The notes under the pieces were generated by a model that saw only the letters and a list, made by a program, of their open reading frames with translations, made no database searches and was not told the DNA's origin. A stretch of DNA of 60,344 bases from Candidatus Aenigmatarchaeota archaeon (lineage in GTDB: Archaea; Aenigmatarchaeota; Aenigmatarchaeia; GW2011-AR5; JACRAC01): NCBI GenBank assembly GCA_016187395.1, contig JACPJV010000006.1, forward strand, positions 1 to 60,344, in the 5' to 3' direction. This document shows, in pieces, positions 57,354-60,344 of this stretch (the first letter of the stretch is position 1; the number at the start of each line of letters is the position of its first letter). A program made the translations under genes and the position numbers.

Positions 57354-57923
57354 ATGGCTGTTGTTAGTCCTGTTAAACTGTCATGCGTTCGTTTCAGGAG
57401 GTTTGCAAGACATGGAGTGCCCCCTTCTGGTACAGACGTGATTGAAGTTCCAGAATTCCTTTTTTCTGGCGGGGAGCAACACCCCAACGTGTACGCGGAA
57501 AAGGTGAACAGCTTTATGCTCGGCAGATACGACGATAGAATGAAATTTGTACCTGACGAGGAGGGGACTAAAGCGATGAGAGAAAAATGCGTAGAAAATT
57601 CTCCTGAACTTGTCGGGTTTCGCGTGAGCCGCCATGCCGATGATTTACAATTGTTAAGGAAGACCGTAACTGGCGGAAATTTTCACTACGATAGATGGAA
57701 TGGCAAAAGGATCGGGAAGCGCAGGGGATCTTATGCGTTAGGAAGAGCTGTAGCACGTTCCTATGCAGGATTTACACCAGATGAGTTTAGCGCACTGGTC
57801 GGCGATGAAATAATTCCTTATACAGTTGAAGAACGAAGTCCTGCCAGATCCTTTGCTTACCTAAGCGCAGATAGAACAGAGCTGTTTCTGATCAGCGACC
57901 TTAATAGAATACGGCGCTCGTAG
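57354..57923 (+). CDS. Hypothetical protein
   Basis: 189-aa ORF; TTTTTAAA about 28 nt upstream. Confidence 0.6.
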   Translation: MAVVSPVKLSCVRFRRFARHGVPPSGTDVIEVPEFLFSGGEQHPNVYAEKVNSFMLGRYDDRMKFVPDEEGTKAMREKCVENSPELVGFRVSRHADDLQLLRKTVTGGNFHYDRWNGKRIGKRRGSYALGRAVARSYAGFTPDEFSALVGDEIIPYTVEERSPARSFAYLSADRTELFLISDLNRIRRS

Positions 57924-57928
57924 CTGAT

Positions 57929-58570
57929 TCATTCTTCATCTTCTTTCTCCTTTACGCTTTCTTCCCTTTCCCATCCGAAATCCTCTGCCCTTATGCCTGC
58001 TTTTTCTCCTTTTAGCTCCAGGAATTTCTTTGCCAGCCCCCAAAAGACGAGCGAAAGGGCTTTTCTTCCTTTGTTGTTGCATGGAATGACCAGATCTATG
58101 TAGGAGGCGCTGTAAGATGTGTCTGCCAGAGCTATTACAGGAATTCGTGCATTAACAGCCTCTTTGATTGCCTGGGCGTCTGCCGTAGGATCAGCTGCCA
58201 GAAGCAGATCTGCCTCGAAAAAGCCTTTGTAGCTCGGGTTTGTTAATGACCCGGGCATGAACCTGCCCAGATGAACCTTGATCCCCGTAATCTCCCCGAA
58301 CTTCGTGCACGGTTCCCATGCTATTTCTTTCCTGCACACTACAACAGGGTTCTTTGCAGAGGCGAGCATCTGCGCGGCTTTCTGTATCCTTTTATCCAGT
58401 TCGCCTATATTGAGCACTGCAAGGCCGTTTGGCCTGACCTTGTAGACAAAGCGCATCATATCCTTTGTTTTGTGCGTCATGCCGATGTGCGCGCCTGACG
58501 TCAGGTACATTTCCCTTGGCAGATATAGCTGAACGTCTGGTTGCAAATCCTCGTCTTTCTTTTCGGCCAT
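57929..58570 (-). CDS. rps2: 30S ribosomal protein S2 (uS2)
   Basis: YLTSGAHIG, GRFMPGSLTNP, QAIKEA, IPCNNKGRKAL. Confidence 0.95.
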   Translation of the reverse strand: MAEKKDEDLQPDVQLYLPREMYLTSGAHIGMTHKTKDMMRFVYKVRPNGLAVLNIGELDKRIQKAAQMLASAKNPVVVCRKEIAWEPCTKFGEITGIKVHLGRFMPGSLTNPSYKGFFEADLLLAADPTADAQAIKEAVNARIPVIALADTSYSASYIDLVIPCNNKGRKALSLVFWGLAKKFLELKGEKAGIRAEDFGWEREESVKEKEDEE

Positions 58571-58802
58571 GGCATCACAACAGTTGTTCATCTGTTCTTT
58601 CTCTTTCGGAAAGAAGATTTAAATATCGAGATTCATGCTAAAAGACATGACAAGAAAGAGGGCTGTGAAAAACAAGGCCAGGGCGAGAAAAAATCATAAA
58701 AGCAGCAAAGACATCAGGCTTCTTCAGGAAGGCTTTATCCCGGAACAAACAAAGATGGGCACTCCGTTCAAAGGCAAGAACAAGATAATTGTGGTGTGAT
58801 AT

Positions 58803-59075
58803 ATGATGAGATTTACTGTCTATAGAGAACTTCCCGTGGGGCTTCGGGTTCACTATCAATTAGGTCCTGAAGGTGGTGTTTCTTTTCCAAGATCGGATGA
58901 AGATGCTATTGAGTACATTTGTAGTGCCATAAGAGACAGGAAGGCTGATAGAGCAGAAATAGATACACTCCATAGTCCTTCAGAAATTCCTTGGAATGTA
59001 CTTCCGTATCCAGCTTTGGATCTGCAGGTAATGAGGGAGCTTGTTGCTGAACAATCTGGAATTCCTGTAGAATAA
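58803..59075 (+). CDS. Hypothetical protein
   Basis: GGTG SD; 90-aa ORF. Confidence 0.55.
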   Translation: MMRFTVYRELPVGLRVHYQLGPEGGVSFPRSDEDAIEYICSAIRDRKADRAEIDTLHSPSEIPWNVLPYPALDLQVMRELVAEQSGIPVE

Positions 59076-59086
59076 TTTTTCTAACT

Positions 59087-59182
59087 TATAGTGCTACAAG
59101 GAATAAATCGGGATATAATAATTCCTTGTGCACTATACTGTGAAACAAGGACATGTCGGTATTATTTCCTTGTTTCACATTA
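59087..59182 (-). mobile_element. Double-hairpin MITE-like element, copy G
   Basis: 96/96 reverse complement of copy E; its terminal TA lies in the TAA stop of the adjacent gene. Confidence 0.85.
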
Positions 59183-59740
59183 TGCAGCTTCTTCCAGCGG
59201 CTCTTTTTGAATTATCGCTTTTCCATATTCCCTCCACAGGTCTTTTGCAACAGACAATGCATGATCTGTTCCCAGGAACGCTTCGTACTTCCCGACACGC
59301 GCTTCAAGCATTCTGTAGAGCTCTTTTTCCAAAGGATATGGATGCGGGCGCGAGTATCCTATCACGCCTTCTGTCGCTGCGGAGGCTGCGCCTTCTATGA
59401 AGGCTGCTCCTGCTTCGCTTCCCAGTTCTTCAACGTATCTTTCCATTGAACCGCTGAGATGCTGGGCTGTATGAAACTGCTCGTGCGCGATAACTTCCCT
59501 GGCTGTTTCTTCGTTTGCAAGTGATTTTGGATCTATGTAAAGCCTTCCCGGGCGAAGGGGGTTGTATTTTCCCAGGGCGTTGCCGTGAAGCTCCCTGACC
59601 ACTACCTCTCCTTCAGGAAGCCATCTGTAAAGCCTTTCGTCATCCACTCCGAGCTCCCTAAGATAATTTTCAATCTCTCCGGAAACCTGCGGAAGAAGCT
59701 GATTAAGGTGATTTTCGTCAACATTAGCAGATCCGACCAT
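59180..59740 (-). CDS. Zincin-like metallopeptidase
   Basis: LGKY...LYIDP...VIAHEQFH...FIEGAA. Confidence 0.7.
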   Translation of the reverse strand: MVGSANVDENHLNQLLPQVSGEIENYLRELGVDDERLYRWLPEGEVVVRELHGNALGKYNPLRPGRLYIDPKSLANEETAREVIAHEQFHTAQHLSGSMERYVEELGSEAGAAFIEGAASAATEGVIGYSRPHPYPLEKELYRMLEARVGKYEAFLGTDHALSVAKDLWREYGKAIIQKEPLEEAA

Positions 59741-59807
59741 GCATATGAATTAGATGCAAAGAAATAAAAGGGTTCTGATGAAGCCTGTCAAAACATTTCT
59801 GCCTTAT

Positions 59808-60002
59808 TTACACCCTGAACCTTCCGATGTCTTTCGATATGTCTTTATGCGTCAGAAACATGGTTCTGCAGCAGTATCTTTCAAGGCCCAGAGAATCGAG
59901 AACTTTTGCAGGCGTTTCGCCTTTCCCTACGCGCTCCTCGTATTCATTCCATTTGCCTCCTACGGGCTTGCCGCAGGTTATGCATCTGACTGGAATTATC
60001 AT
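59808..60002 (-). CDS. rpoN: DNA-directed RNA polymerase subunit N (Rpo10)
   Basis: MIIPVRCITCGK...LDSLGLERYCCRTMFLTH. Confidence 0.97.
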   Translation of the reverse strand: MIIPVRCITCGKPVGGKWNEYEERVGKGETPAKVLDSLGLERYCCRTMFLTHKDISKDIGRFRV

Positions 60003-60207
60003 TCTATCACCAGAACAATAGAGGCAAGGGATTTAAAGGTGATGCATGCCATCAGCGAATTATTCGGTATGCACATTTTCCCCGAATCTCGTCTTTTGCA
60101 GGCTCGAATGCCAGAACATCTCCGTCGTGAACGTTGAACTGTTCCACCTCTTGCCTGCGTCAAAACCCTTAAATACATGCGCATGCATATGTGCATGCAG
60201 TGATAAG

Positions 60208-60344
60208 ATGGTGAAAGTAATCTCTCTGTCAGAAGAGGCCTACGCAACGCTTAAGAGCCAGAAGGAGAAAAGCGATTCTTTCTCTGATGTCGTGCTCAGG
60301 CTCTCGAAAAGGGAAAGGAAAGACGATATAAGGGAAGTTTTCGG
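60208..60344 (+). CDS. VapB (DUF217-type) antitoxin, runs off the window edge
   Basis: MVKVISLSEEAYATLKSQKEKSDSFSDVVLRL; TGCATG-rich palindromes upstream. Confidence 0.75.
   Translation, partial: MVKVISLSEEAYATLKSQKEKSDSFSDVVLRLSKRERKDDIREVF

Noticed and set aside
16832-59182. Double-hairpin repeats as a CRISPR array
   Set aside because: Copies are dispersed, not in a repeat-spacer array; loops are only ~15 nt and partly conserved; no cas genes seen
16832-59182. Double-hairpin repeats as simple terminators
   Set aside because: They occur upstream of genes, between divergent genes and inside an ORF, with no consistent T-tract

Overview
This is a 60 kb archaeal chromosomal segment, most likely from a DPANN lineage (Aenigmarchaeota-like; inferred from gene content, not confirmed). 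Housekeeping genes are taw1, taw2, trm56, purF, thrS, NAD kinase, aRF1, tatD, pcm, srp54, gatD, gatE, aIF6, pfdA, rps2 and rpoN. They are interleaved with orphan genes and toxin-antitoxin modules, and normally conserved operons are broken or inverted. Main observations: (1) a dispersed family of 94-97 bp TA-bounded double-hairpin elements (7 full copies, covarying stems, one interrupting an ORF that is restored on removal). (2) Two tRNA genes, Gln-UUG and Ile-GAU, each with two BHB introns, three of the four at non-canonical positions. (3) A ~9 kb cluster of pilin-like surface proteins, including a 943-aa protein with catalytically degenerate lytic-transglycosylase-like and M23-like domains, and two paralogs with swapped hydrophobic inserts. 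(4) An AT-rich gene inserted at the trm56 3' end with a displaced homologous 3' end. (5) An AT-rich hydrolase gene bracketed by inverted repeats and an attC-like site. No rRNA, CRISPR array, integrase or transposase was recognised.
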